Source: Patescibacteria group bacterium
GTDB lineage: Bacteria; Patescibacteriota; Patescibacteriia; JACRDY01
Length of the DNA stretch: 64,000 nucleotides
Assembly: GCA_041650515.1 (NCBI GenBank)
Contig: JBAZLA010000002.1
Coordinates: forward strand, 39,572-103,571
Direction: 5' to 3'
In this document: piece after piece, positions 9,534-17,939 of the stretch
Layout of the letters: each line of letters begins with the position of its first letter
Position numbering within the stretch: the stretch's first letter is position 1
Notes under the pieces: model-generated
Told to the model about the DNA's origin: nothing
Databases searched by the model: none
The model's input: the letters and a program-made list of their open reading frames with translations, nothing else
Made by a program: the position numbers and the translations under genes

Positions 9534-9608
9534 TGGTGACCCTACCGGGACTCGAACCCGGGTTTACGCCGTGAGAGGGCGTCGTCCTAACCACTAGACG
9601 ATAAGGCC
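9534..9608 (-). tRNA. tRNA-Glu (anticodon CUC)
   Basis: Manual cloverleaf fold. The acceptor stem GGCCTTA/TAGGGTC pairs with two G-U wobbles. D stem is GTCT/GGAC. Anticodon stem is ACGCC/GGCGT with loop CTCTCAC. T arm is CCGGG-TTCGAGT-CCCGG, with discriminator A and an encoded CCA. Confidence 0.8.
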
Positions 9609-9614
9609 GTATTT

Positions 9615-10137
9615 AGTATATAGGTCTTAGTATGCAGTATGCGGGAAAATTAAACAATTTTTAATAAAAGATTTAGATGATTTTAATGCCTAGTTTTTTA
9701 TTATTCTAATATTAATTAATAAATACAACTTTATGTCGGAAAAAATCAAATCCTTCACCGATCTTATAGCCTGGCAAAGGGCCCGCGAGCTAGTCTTGAC
9801 AATTTATAAAGCGACTGAAAATTTTCCTAAAAAAGAAATCTACGGATTGACAGACCAAATGCGCCGAGCTGCCGTCTCGGTTACTTCTAATATCGCCGAA
9901 GGCTTTAGCCGAAAATCCAAAGCCGACAAGGCCCATTTCTACACTATAGCTAAAAGTTCACTAGTTGAGCTACAGAACCAACTGATTATTGCCAAAGATA
10001 TTAACTATCTAGAAAATAACTATTATCAAGCAACCTACATTATAACTATTAATTGCAGCAAACTATTAGTTGGTTTAATCCGCGCCGCTGAAGCAAAACA
10101 GTCTTCCCCGCATACTACATACTAAGACCTGCATACT
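9615..10137 (+). mobile_element. IVS-like cassette: a 31-bp imperfect inverted-repeat pair (9615..9645 and 10107..10137) flanking a four-helix-bundle protein gene, inserted between tRNA-Glu and murF
   Basis: AGTATATAGGTCTTAGTATGCAGTATGCGGG on the left, and on the right the reverse complement of cccgcatactacatactaagacctgcatact. The two match at 28 of 31 positions. Confidence 0.45.
9733..10125 (+). CDS. Four-helix-bundle protein (23S rRNA intervening-sequence protein family; same fold family as DGR Avd)
   Basis: 130 aa. FTDLIAWQRARELVL, DQMRRAAVSVTSNIAEG and AKSSLVELQNQL match the family (PF05635/TIGR02436) closely. Confidence 0.85.
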   Translation: MSEKIKSFTDLIAWQRARELVLTIYKATENFPKKEIYGLTDQMRRAAVSVTSNIAEGFSRKSKADKAHFYTIAKSSLVELQNQLIIAKDINYLENNYYQATYIITINCSKLLVGLIRAAEAKQSSPHTTY

Positions 10138-11444
10138 CACCTATTCCGCCACTGCCCGGTTTGCCGCACCAAAAGCTCCTCGGCACGTAACGGCTCGGCC
10201 ATCAGTTCTTTGACTACTTTTTCCATCCGCACGCCTTGCGAGCCTTTAACTAAAATTAAGTCGCCCTGATCAATTCGCTCTTGCAAAAATTTACCAGCTT
10301 CTTCCGCTTTATCAAAGCTATAAACCTGATCAGTAGATAGACCAGCGCCCTTAGCCGCATTGGCTGTTTGTTTAGATAGACTACCAACAGTAACCAAATA
10401 GTCAATACCTAATTCCGCTACTTTCCGACCGACTTCCAAGTGACCCTTATCGGCATAAGTACCCAACTCTAACATATCACCCAAAACAGCGTATTTTTTA
10501 TGCGGTGACGGCAATTGAATCTTACCCAAAACTTCTAAAGCCGCTAGAGCCGCGATTGGCGACGAATTATAGGTATCATCAATAATTAAGGTGTATTTAA
10601 TCCCATCAATCAAATTCATCCGACCGGGTGGTGATTTATATTGTTTAAGATTTTCGGCGATTCTGATTAAGTTTATTTTAAAAACCGTTCCCACCGCCAC
10701 CGCGGCTAGAGCTGACATAATTGAGTGGTGGCCCAGAATAGCCGGCAAAAAAACCGGCACCGTACTGCCTTGATAACTAATTTTAAAAGTCACACCACTA
10801 ATTGATTTAATACCCTCTGGGCGAGAAACATTTTGACCGGCGATTGTCTCTTCATAAGCTCTAACCAAAGCATTATCAGAAAAACCATAAGTTAAGACCC
10901 GACATTTTAGCCCATCAATCATCTTAGCAACCATCGAGTCATCAATATTAAGAATAGCTGCCCCATCACTCGACAAACTCTTAGCCAGAGTCTGTTTTTC
11001 TCTAGCCACACTATCGAGGTCACCTAAAAACTCGGTGTGTACCGGAGCCACTGCTGTTACCACGCCAACTTGGCATTTTACAAATTCGGTTAAATATTTA
11101 ATATCCCCCAGCTTATCCGCCCCCATTTCTAAAATTAATATCTCCGGGTAATTTTTCTTTTTGGGCAAGATAATTAAACTCAAACCTTTTAAAAAAACAA
11201 CCAGCCACTTAAACGGATTTTTGCCCCCGGTGTCAGCATCAATAATGGTTAGTGGCACGCCTAATTCATTATTATAATTTTTATAATTTTTGCGGACCCG
11301 AAATTCGCTAGATAAAACCGTATAAACCGCCTCTTTGGTTGAGGTTTTACCAACACTACCAGTAATACCAACCACCTGCGGTTGATAGCGCTTGAGCGTC
11401 CGTCTGGCCAGAAAACGGAGAATTTTTTGAATTATTTTTCGCAT
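10137..11444 (-). CDS. murF: UDP-MurNAc-tripeptide--D-Ala-D-Ala ligase
   Basis: 435 aa. Mur ligase P-loop ITGSVGKTSTKE, plus Mur ligase central and C-terminal domains. Confidence 0.8.
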   Translation of the reverse strand: MRKIIQKILRFLARRTLKRYQPQVVGITGSVGKTSTKEAVYTVLSSEFRVRKNYKNYNNELGVPLTIIDADTGGKNPFKWLVVFLKGLSLIILPKKKNYPEILILEMGADKLGDIKYLTEFVKCQVGVVTAVAPVHTEFLGDLDSVAREKQTLAKSLSSDGAAILNIDDSMVAKMIDGLKCRVLTYGFSDNALVRAYEETIAGQNVSRPEGIKSISGVTFKISYQGSTVPVFLPAILGHHSIMSALAAVAVGTVFKINLIRIAENLKQYKSPPGRMNLIDGIKYTLIIDDTYNSSPIAALAALEVLGKIQLPSPHKKYAVLGDMLELGTYADKGHLEVGRKVAELGIDYLVTVGSLSKQTANAAKGAGLSTDQVYSFDKAEEAGKFLQERIDQGDLILVKGSQGVRMEKVVKELMAEPLRAEELLVRQTGQWRNR

Positions 11445-11488
11445 ATTAATGTCCCACCATTCTAGCTAATTTAGAGTAAAAAATCAAT

Positions 11489-13258
11489 CTACTGAGCGGC
11501 ATCCGGTGGAATTTGATAATAGCTAGCTAAAAATTTACCAATTTCACCAAAAAACGGCACGGCCGTACCTTCGGCCCACTGACTGGTTTGCGGACTATCA
11601 AAACGAGCGACCACCACTAACTGCGGATCCGAGACTGGAAAAAATCCGCCAAAAGTATGAATTGTCTTACCGCTATTATAGTCTCCAGTACTAGGATTAG
11701 CCACCTGCGCCGTGCCGGTTTTGCCAGCGACATAATAACCAGGAATTGCCGCTCGTTTGGCATGGCCTTCTTGCACCACTTGGACTAGCATACCAGAGAT
11801 TAGAACAGAAGTACGTGGGCTGATTACCTGACGAATCTCTTGTGGCTCGGTTCTAATCTCAATTCCCGACGGATCGATCACCCTATCGACTATATATGGC
11901 CTCATTAATTTACCACCATTAGCTAGAGCCGAAAAAGCCGTCGCCACCTGCAGCGGCGTCACCATTATCCCCTGGCCAAACGAGGCAGTGACGGGATAGA
12001 TTTCGCCTTTTTTATAAAGTGAAGCGATGGTGCCTGGCGACTCACCTTCGAGGGGTATCCCCGATAAAACACCAAAACCAAATTTTTCGACATAGTCACG
12101 AAAGGTCTCTGGCCCGGCTTGACGCATGGCAAAGATAGCACCGGTATTGAGAGAAAATTTTAAAACATCAGTCATAGTCTGAGTGCCATGCGCTAAAAGA
12201 TCAGAATTTTTAATCGAGTACTGACCAATCTTAACTTCACCAGTGTCCTCGTAAGTACTCTCTGGTGTCACTTTACCCTGATCCAGGGCGATCGACATAG
12301 TGATTGGTTTAAAAACCGATCCCGGCTCATAAGCTGCAAAAACAGTCGGATTATTATAATATTTGATATTTTCTACATTGCCATAATCATTAGGGTCAAA
12401 ATTCGGCCAACCACACATGGCTAAGATCGCCCCGGTCTTAGGATCCATCACCACCACGCTCGCCCCTTCGGCCTTGTAACGCTCGACCGCTTCATCTAGT
12501 TTTTGACAAAGCACGGTCTGGACTGTGTCATCAATGGTTAGAACTAAACTTGAGCCATTTTCTGGACTAGCATAATCATGTTCACCAACACCAATTAAGC
12601 TCCCGCTGGCGTCTCGCTCAGACTTAACAAAACCGGCCTGACCAGATATTTGAGAATTGTAGTAACCCTCTAAACCGTATTGCCCGACTAGTTTATCATC
12701 AACAAAACCAACAAAGCCCAAAACATGACTGCCAATATTATTCTCTGGATAATAACGCGATTTTTCCTTAACCCACTTGATGCCTGCCAAGTTAAGCTCG
12801 GCAACTTTTTGGATTTTTTCTTCGGTCACCCGATGAGCCAAAGGCTCATAAGGATCATTATATTTTGCTAGCTGAGTTTGGATGCGATCAGCCACCGCTT
12901 GGGGTAAAGCCAAGACCGAATTAAGCCTTTCTGTTGTTGCCCCTGGATCATCGATGGCATAAGTCTGACCATAGATTAAATAAAAATCACGATTGGTCGC
13001 CACGGGAAAAAGTTTGGGGTTGTCTTTATCTTGAACCCGCGTATCCTGGGTATAAATAATCCCTCGATCCGGTAACAACTCTTGGTAGATATCATGTTGT
13101 TGCGATGCCAGTTCCAAATAATCCCGATGATGTAATATTTGTAGCCAAAATAATCGGCCAATAATAATTAGTCCAAATAAAAATATCCCTCCCCAGAGGA
13201 TCCGGATCCGCATCGGGTGGTCAGTATAAATTTTTCTGGTTATCATTCGATGTTTCAT
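11489..13258 (-). CDS. Penicillin-binding protein (class B transpeptidase, FtsI/PBP2-like)
   Basis: 589 aa with an N-terminal TM anchor. The transpeptidase motifs SVFK (SxxK), SxN and KTGT are present. Confidence 0.85.
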   Translation of the reverse strand: MKHRMITRKIYTDHPMRIRILWGGIFLFGLIIIGRLFWLQILHHRDYLELASQQHDIYQELLPDRGIIYTQDTRVQDKDNPKLFPVATNRDFYLIYGQTYAIDDPGATTERLNSVLALPQAVADRIQTQLAKYNDPYEPLAHRVTEEKIQKVAELNLAGIKWVKEKSRYYPENNIGSHVLGFVGFVDDKLVGQYGLEGYYNSQISGQAGFVKSERDASGSLIGVGEHDYASPENGSSLVLTIDDTVQTVLCQKLDEAVERYKAEGASVVVMDPKTGAILAMCGWPNFDPNDYGNVENIKYYNNPTVFAAYEPGSVFKPITMSIALDQGKVTPESTYEDTGEVKIGQYSIKNSDLLAHGTQTMTDVLKFSLNTGAIFAMRQAGPETFRDYVEKFGFGVLSGIPLEGESPGTIASLYKKGEIYPVTASFGQGIMVTPLQVATAFSALANGGKLMRPYIVDRVIDPSGIEIRTEPQEIRQVISPRTSVLISGMLVQVVQEGHAKRAAIPGYYVAGKTGTAQVANPSTGDYNSGKTIHTFGGFFPVSDPQLVVVARFDSPQTSQWAEGTAVPFFGEIGKFLASYYQIPPDAAQ

Positions 13259-13346
13259 ATGGCTATTTTAGCAAAATTTTGTCTTATCTCCAAACAAAAA
13301 TCGGGGTGATATTTTTTACTTACCTATTATTAACTCTCCGAATCTA

Positions 13347-13535
13347 TAAATCTAGTTGGGGCCTGGGGCGGATGCGGCGCAGAGTCCCGACCCGGCCTCT
13401 TTGGTCTTTCCTTAGGGGCGGGACGGGTAGAACGAACTAAAGTTCAACAATGAACCGCGCCTCATTATGTCTCTTGGCGCAAAGAGACATAATCCCCAGG
13501 ACTTTTTTGCTACTTTTTTAGTCATAAAAAAGTAG
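13347..13535 (+). repeat. Structured repeat element, copy A. It is related to 35507..35646 and is a candidate ncRNA or MITE-like unit.
   Basis: Shares GGGGyCTGGGGCGrATrCGGCGCArAGTCCCG ... GGGACGGGTAGAACGAA ... AACAATGA ... CCCCAG ... TTTTTTGCTACTTTTTT-(6 nt)-AAAAAAGTAG with copy B. The closing helix shows compensatory changes. Confidence 0.6.
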
Positions 13536-13572
13536 ATTATTACGTAGATGAGACAGAGATTCTTCGACTGCG

Positions 13573-13590
13573 CCCCGATGTACATCGGGG
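13573..13590. repeat. CCCCGATG-TA-CATCGGGG palindrome. The same core as the 17940..17993 element.
   Basis: Direct reading. The core is shared with the long hairpin downstream of rplA. Confidence 0.5.
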
Positions 13591-13637
13591 CTCCGCTCAG
13601 AATGACAAATGAGAAACCAATTAAAAAGTAAAAAACA

Positions 13638-13672
13638 AAAAAACAGTTCAAATTAAATCTGAGCTGTTTTTT
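13638..13672. terminator. Bidirectional Rho-independent terminator (A-run, AACAGTTCA / TGAGCTGTT hairpin, T-run)
   Basis: 9-bp stem with one G-U pair, flanked by A7 and T7. It lies 8 nt downstream of the 13680..14042 minus-strand gene. Confidence 0.6.
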
Positions 13673-13679
13673 AAAAAAA

Positions 13680-14042
13680 TTAAATAACCACCAATAAAAC
13701 CAAGACCAAAACAATCACTACCACGAAGGTTAGAGCGCTGATTCCAACAGTTGCCAGCGCTTCTTTATATTTTTTCTCAAAGGCTAAATAGGCTGGATAA
13801 CCAAAAACAACTATTCCAGAGATAGCTACCGAAAAAACGAAAAAAAGCAGATAAAAAAAGAAGAACAAAATCGGTGGTGTCGACCCGGCTGAATTCAACT
13901 GCAAGCGAGTAACTATTAACTCAACTATCGGCAAGACTGCTCCAACTACCAACAAACAATAAGCGCTCTCGACCAAAGCCGCTAGCACTCCCCATTTCCA
14001 GTGGGCTGGCTGGTCATGATGAAAAAATTTTTTTAAGCACAT
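13680..14042 (-). CDS. Hypothetical membrane protein (3-4 TM)
   Basis: 120-aa hydrophobic ORF followed by a terminator. The overlapping ORF 13412..13714 was rejected. Confidence 0.45.
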   Translation of the reverse strand: MCLKKFFHHDQPAHWKWGVLAALVESAYCLLVVGAVLPIVELIVTRLQLNSAGSTPPILFFFFYLLFFVFSVAISGIVVFGYPAYLAFEKKYKEALATVGISALTFVVVIVLVLVLLVVI

Positions 14043-14059
14043 AAGATTTAAAAAAAATA

Positions 14060-14383
14060 TTATGTAAACATTTCTCCGCTAATTTTTTCCCAATCATCTA
14101 AACCATCGTTCCATTTATAAGTAGTCAGTTTATAAGTAAACTCGTCGGGCGAATAAACATAATCAACTTTTACTCCCGCACCAATCCGCCGCGAAGTAGT
14201 AGTTTTTTTGTCCAAAACTAACGGCCGAACGGCATATTCTAGCCTAATCTTACCTAAAGGGCTATTAAACTCCAAAATCTCCACTGTTCCTGGACCATCT
14301 TCAAACTCCATTACTTCTTCGCTGTCCAAAGTAAATTTGATTTTAGCCTCGGCTTTCAATTCTTGCCATCGTTCAGGAGTCAT
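14060..14383 (-). CDS. Hypothetical protein (107 aa)
   Basis: ORF only. An AACTTTATAACTTTATAA leader motif precedes its ATG. Confidence 0.45.
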   Translation of the reverse strand: MTPERWQELKAEAKIKFTLDSEEVMEFEDGPGTVEILEFNSPLGKIRLEYAVRPLVLDKKTTTSRRIGAGVKVDYVYSPDEFTYKLTTYKWNDGLDDWEKISGEMFT

Positions 14384-14433
14384 GGAATCAGGTTAAAAAA
14401 TTATAAAGTTATAAAGTTTGTTCCAAGTAAGCG

Positions 14434-14477
14434 AAGCGAGTCGAAGGAGCCTGCCCTGAGGAGCAAAGCGACGAAGG
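14434..14477. repeat. Direct repeats AAGCGAGTCGAAGG / AAGCGACGAAGG downstream of pilT
   Basis: Direct reading of the sequence. Confidence 0.4.
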
Positions 14478-14478
14478 G

Positions 14479-15531
14479 TTAAAAATAAGTTCCCACCCGT
14501 TCGGCATTAAGCGATCGATTTTGATAGACCTGTTTTGAGATAATGCCCTTATTTAATAAATTCTTAAGTGAATTATTCATACTAATCATCCCCTCGGCTT
14601 TGCTCGTTTGAATAACCGATGGAATATGAGCAGTCTTATTTTGTCGGATCAGGTTAGACACCGCAGCATTATTGACCATAATCTCGCGAGCTACGGCAAT
14701 TTTATCATCAACAGTCGGTACCAACTGTTGCGTCACCACCGCCGCCAAAGCACCAGCCAACTGAATTAAAATCTGATGCTGGCGCTCCGAATCAAATGAG
14801 TCGACAATTCGTTCTAGAGTTTCGGCGGCCGAATTAGTATGCAAGGTAGAAAAAACTAAATGGCCAGTTTCCGCCGCTGTTAGCGCCGCTGCCATAGTCT
14901 CGGGATCGCGCATTTCGCCAATTAAAATCACATTGGGATCTTGGCGTAAAGCGTATTTTAAGCCGCTGTAAAAAGACTTGGTATCGCGTCCCACTTCTCG
15001 CTGCTCGATGACGCTATTTTTCTTAGGATAGATAAATTCGATCGGGTCCTCCAGGGTAATAATATGGGCTCGGCGCTCCATATTAATAATATTAATCATC
15101 ACCGCTAGAGTAGTTGATTTACCGCTACCGCTCGGGCCAGTAACCAAGATAAAACCTTTATTCAGATGAGTTAATTCATACAGTTTATCTTCTAAACCGA
15201 TAAACTCCGGCTCAGGGATATCTTTGGGTACAACGCGAGCCGACAAGGCAATCTGCCCTAACTGATAATGCAGATTAATACGAAAACGGGTGCTATCAAC
15301 CTGATGAGCCAGATCCAAATCCCATTCATTTTCAAAACGTTCAATTTTTTCTTTGTTAAGTAAGGTAAAAGCCGCTTTGGTTAATTCATCATTATTTATA
15401 ATCGGCGCCTTTGGATCTAAATCTTTAAGCAAACCATAAATACGCATGATCGGCCGCTCGCCGGCAATTAGGTGAACGTCGGACGCGCCCTTGGCAATGG
15501 CCTGTAAAAAAATCTGGTTAAGGTCAAACAT
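14479..15531 (-). CDS. pilT: Type IV pilus retraction ATPase PilT
   Basis: 350 aa with Walker A GPSGSGKSTT, and the secretion-ATPase Asp and His boxes. Confidence 0.85.
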   Translation of the reverse strand: MFDLNQIFLQAIAKGASDVHLIAGERPIMRIYGLLKDLDPKAPIINNDELTKAAFTLLNKEKIERFENEWDLDLAHQVDSTRFRINLHYQLGQIALSARVVPKDIPEPEFIGLEDKLYELTHLNKGFILVTGPSGSGKSTTLAVMINIINMERRAHIITLEDPIEFIYPKKNSVIEQREVGRDTKSFYSGLKYALRQDPNVILIGEMRDPETMAAALTAAETGHLVFSTLHTNSAAETLERIVDSFDSERQHQILIQLAGALAAVVTQQLVPTVDDKIAVAREIMVNNAAVSNLIRQNKTAHIPSVIQTSKAEGMISMNNSLKNLLNKGIISKQVYQNRSLNAERVGTYF

Positions 15532-15620
15532 AAAATTAGAGTAAAATTAACATTTTGAATAAAATTAACTATTATTATTCTACCATAAGAACAGCCCAGA
15601 TAGCTAGTGGCCGCCCACTC

Positions 15621-15649
15621 TTGACGAAAAACCGGTTATCCCCTATAAT
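15621..15649 (+). promoter_or_regulatory. Sigma70-like promoter (TTGACG, 17-nt spacer, TATAAT) for the secE-nusG-rplK-rplA operon
   Basis: Near-consensus hexamers with optimal spacing, about 70 nt upstream of secE. Confidence 0.55.
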
Positions 15650-15668
15650 TTAACCACAAATTTAAATT

Positions 15669-15686
15669 CCGCCTCCGGGCGGTTTT
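15669..15686 (+). promoter_or_regulatory. Leader hairpin CCGCC-tccg-GGCGG followed by TTTT, between the promoter and secE. Possible attenuator.
   Basis: Direct reading of the sequence. Confidence 0.35.
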
Positions 15687-15717
15687 AAGGATGAAAATAT
15701 TAAACTAACTAGCTACT

Positions 15718-15915
15718 ATGTCATTAACTAACAACCGCGTGGTAAATTACTTTAAAGAAGCTAAAATTGAGCTTAAAAAAGTCGCCTGGCCCACCCGTAA
15801 AGAAACTACCAAGCATACTCTATTGGTGATTGGCATCAGCTTGGCGCTGGCCGCTTTTTTGGGCGCTTTGGACTATTTTTTTACCATTGGTTTTGAAAAA
15901 ATAATTGAACGCTAA
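15718..15915 (+). CDS. secE: Preprotein translocase subunit SecE
   Basis: 65 aa with a single TM. VAWPTRKET matches the SecE signature. Confidence 0.85.
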   Translation: MSLTNNRVVNYFKEAKIELKKVAWPTRKETTKHTLLVIGISLALAAFLGALDYFFTIGFEKIIER

Positions 15916-15971
15916 ATTGGTAGTCAATGGCTAATAACTAAAAAAATTTTAGCCACTAGCCACTATAATAT

Positions 15972-16517
15972 ATGCCAAAGCAAACATTAAACCTCGGCCG
16001 ACGCTTCTACGTCATTCATACCTATTCTGGTTATGAAGAAAATGTGGTCGAGAATCTCAAGCAAAGAATCAAATCGATGAACATGGAAGATCGGATCTTT
16101 AATGTTCTGATTCCCACCGAGAAAAAAATTAAGATCAAAAACGGCAAACGCAAGGTGGTCACCGAAAAAATCTTTCCTGGCTACATTCTAGTCGAGATGG
16201 AAGTAACTGACGACTCGTGGTATGTCGTTCGCAACACCCCCAATGTTACCGGTTTTATCGGCTCTGGCACTATCCCAACACCAATTTCCCAAAAGGAGAT
16301 GGACTCACTTAAGAAAAGAATGGGCGTTGAGGAACCAACTTATAAAATCGACGTTAGTATCAACCAGGCAATCCGAATCATCGATGGACCATTCAAGGGT
16401 TTTGAAGGTAAAATATCAGAAATCGACGAGACTCACGGCAAAGTTAAAGCCTTGGTTTCGATGTTTGGCCGCGAGACTCCAGTTGAGCTTGATTTTCTAC
16501 AAGTTAAAAAACTTTAA
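15972..16517 (+). CDS. nusG: Transcription termination/antitermination factor NusG
   Basis: WYVIHTYSGYE NGN domain and a C-terminal KOW domain. Confidence 0.9.
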   Translation: MPKQTLNLGRRFYVIHTYSGYEENVVENLKQRIKSMNMEDRIFNVLIPTEKKIKIKNGKRKVVTEKIFPGYILVEMEVTDDSWYVVRNTPNVTGFIGSGTIPTPISQKEMDSLKKRMGVEEPTYKIDVSINQAIRIIDGPFKGFEGKISEIDETHGKVKALVSMFGRETPVELDFLQVKKL

Positions 16518-16628
16518 TAATAAGCTGTCAGTGGTAGAGGGTCGGTGGTGCTGCTTCTAGCCATCAACCACTTCGCCCAAAGGGCGATCCGCCTCTGGCA
16601 AAAATCACTACTATCAATCACTAATTTT

Positions 16629-17054
16629 ATGGCCAAAAAGATAAAAACGTTAATCAAACTCCAAATCCCGGCCGCTCAAGCTAATCCAGCGCCACCAGTC
16701 GGCCCAGCCTTGGGTCAACATGGCGTTAATATTGGTGAATTCTGTACTAAATTTAACGAAGCCACCAAAAAACTAGCTGGCGATATTATCCCAGTCGAGA
16801 TTACAGTTTATGAAGATCGCAGTTACACTTTTAAGCTTAAAACTCCACCAGCGGCCGAACTGTTAAAAAAAGCCGCCGGCATCCAAAAAGGTTCGGGCAA
16901 ACCCCTACAAGAAAAAATCGGCAAAGTAACCAAAGCTCAGGTCCGTGAAATTGCTGAGAAAAAAATGGAAGATCTTAACGCCGGTAGTGTCGAAGCCGCC
17001 ATGCGGATGATCGAAGGCACCGCTCGTCAGATGGGTTTAACAGTTGAAGGCTAA
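16629..17054 (+). CDS. rplK: 50S ribosomal protein L11
   Basis: [34 protein letters not shown]. The start was moved to the ATG at 16629. The N-terminal extension in the ORF track is not conserved. Confidence 0.9.
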   Translation: MAKKIKTLIKLQIPAAQANPAPPVGPALGQHGVNIGEFCTKFNEATKKLAGDIIPVEITVYEDRSYTFKLKTPPAAELLKKAAGIQKGSGKPLQEKIGKVTKAQVREIAEKKMEDLNAGSVEAAMRMIEGTARQMGLTVEG

Positions 17055-17137
17055 TTTTTGTCATCTTTTATATCATTAATTAAGGTGGGAGATTCGATAT
17101 CAAACTCGGATCATTAATACCACATAAATACAACTTT

Positions 17138-17821
17138 ATGTCCAAAAGAGGTAAACGCTACACTGATGTAGCCAGCCAGATCGATCGAACCAAAACCTAC
17201 AGCCTAGAAGAGGCAGTCGATCTGATTAAGCAAGCTCCTAAAGAAAAATTTGATGCTTCTATTGAGGTCCACCTGCACCTCGGCATCGATACCAAAAAAA
17301 GTGACCAACAGATTCGTTCAACGATTGTCCTACCCCATGGTACTGGCAAAACTAAAAAAATCGCGGCTTTTGTTGAACCAGAAAAAGAAAAAGAAGCTAA
17401 AGACGCCGGCGCGGCTCTGGTTGGTGGTGAACAACTAATCAACCAAATTAAGCAAACCGGCAAATGCGATTTTGAAATCGCTGTTGCCACCCCCACTATG
17501 ATGCCCAAAATGGCCGCGATCGCCAAGATCCTAGGCCCCAAGGGTCTGATGCCCTCACCTAAAAACGAGACTATCGCTCCGAATGTAAAAAAAATAATTG
17601 AAGAATTAGGTAAGGGTAAAGTAGCTTTTAAGAGCGACAATACGGGCAACATCCACCAATTAATTGGCAAGGTTTCTTTTGAGAAAAAACAATTATTAGA
17701 AAATCTCCAAATATTTCTGGATGCAGTCAAAAAAGTTAAACCGTCTTCGAGCAAAGGTGTTTTTATTAAAAGTGCCACGCTTTGCACTACGATGAGTCCG
17801 GGAATCAAAATTGCCGTCTAA
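17138..17821 (+). CDS. rplA: 50S ribosomal protein L1
   Basis: 227 aa. MSKRGKRY...AKDAGA..VGG match L1. Confidence 0.9.
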   Translation: MSKRGKRYTDVASQIDRTKTYSLEEAVDLIKQAPKEKFDASIEVHLHLGIDTKKSDQQIRSTIVLPHGTGKTKKIAAFVEPEKEKEAKDAGAALVGGEQLINQIKQTGKCDFEIAVATPTMMPKMAAIAKILGPKGLMPSPKNETIAPNVKKIIEELGKGKVAFKSDNTGNIHQLIGKVSFEKKQLLENLQIFLDAVKKVKPSSSKGVFIKSATLCTTMSPGIKIAV

Positions 17822-17939
17822 ACTTTCCATCAGCTATATATTAAAAACCCACGTCAGTTCGACGATGGGTTTTTAAGTTATGAAATCAAAAATCTAGAAA
17901 ATTGAGGGGCGTAAACTTCCCCAAAGCCAAATCAATGCT

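Noticed and set aside
9733-10125. Diversity-generating retroelement around the Avd-fold protein
   Set aside because: There is no reverse transcriptase ORF and no template/variable repeat pair within several kilobases. The flanking inverted repeats fit an IVS-like cassette instead.
13347-13535. Structured repeat as a PyrR-binding attenuator or tmRNA
   Set aside because: Copy B is in the pyr operon, but the sequence lacks the PyrR loop consensus UCCNGNGAGG. Copy A is not near pyr genes. There is no tmRNA-like 3' end.
13412-13714. 100-aa minus-strand ORF from the track
   Set aside because: It lies across the structured repeat copy A, the CCCCGATG palindrome and the bidirectional terminator. 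Its sequence is low-complexity and Phe/Tyr-rich. It is most likely non-coding.
14420-14478. AAGCGAGTCGAAGG / AAGCGACGAAGG as a hairpin terminator for pilT
   Set aside because: The two units are direct repeats, not inverted repeats, and no U-tract follows on the minus strand.
16545-16628. Upstream extension of rplK in the ORF track
   Set aside because: The L11 N-terminus (MAKKIK...) starts at 16629. The 28 extra residues are not L11-like.
17197-17808. 203-aa minus-strand ORF and the 17250..17438 plus ORF
   Set aside because: They are antisense to or out of frame within rplA, whose L1 identity is unambiguous.
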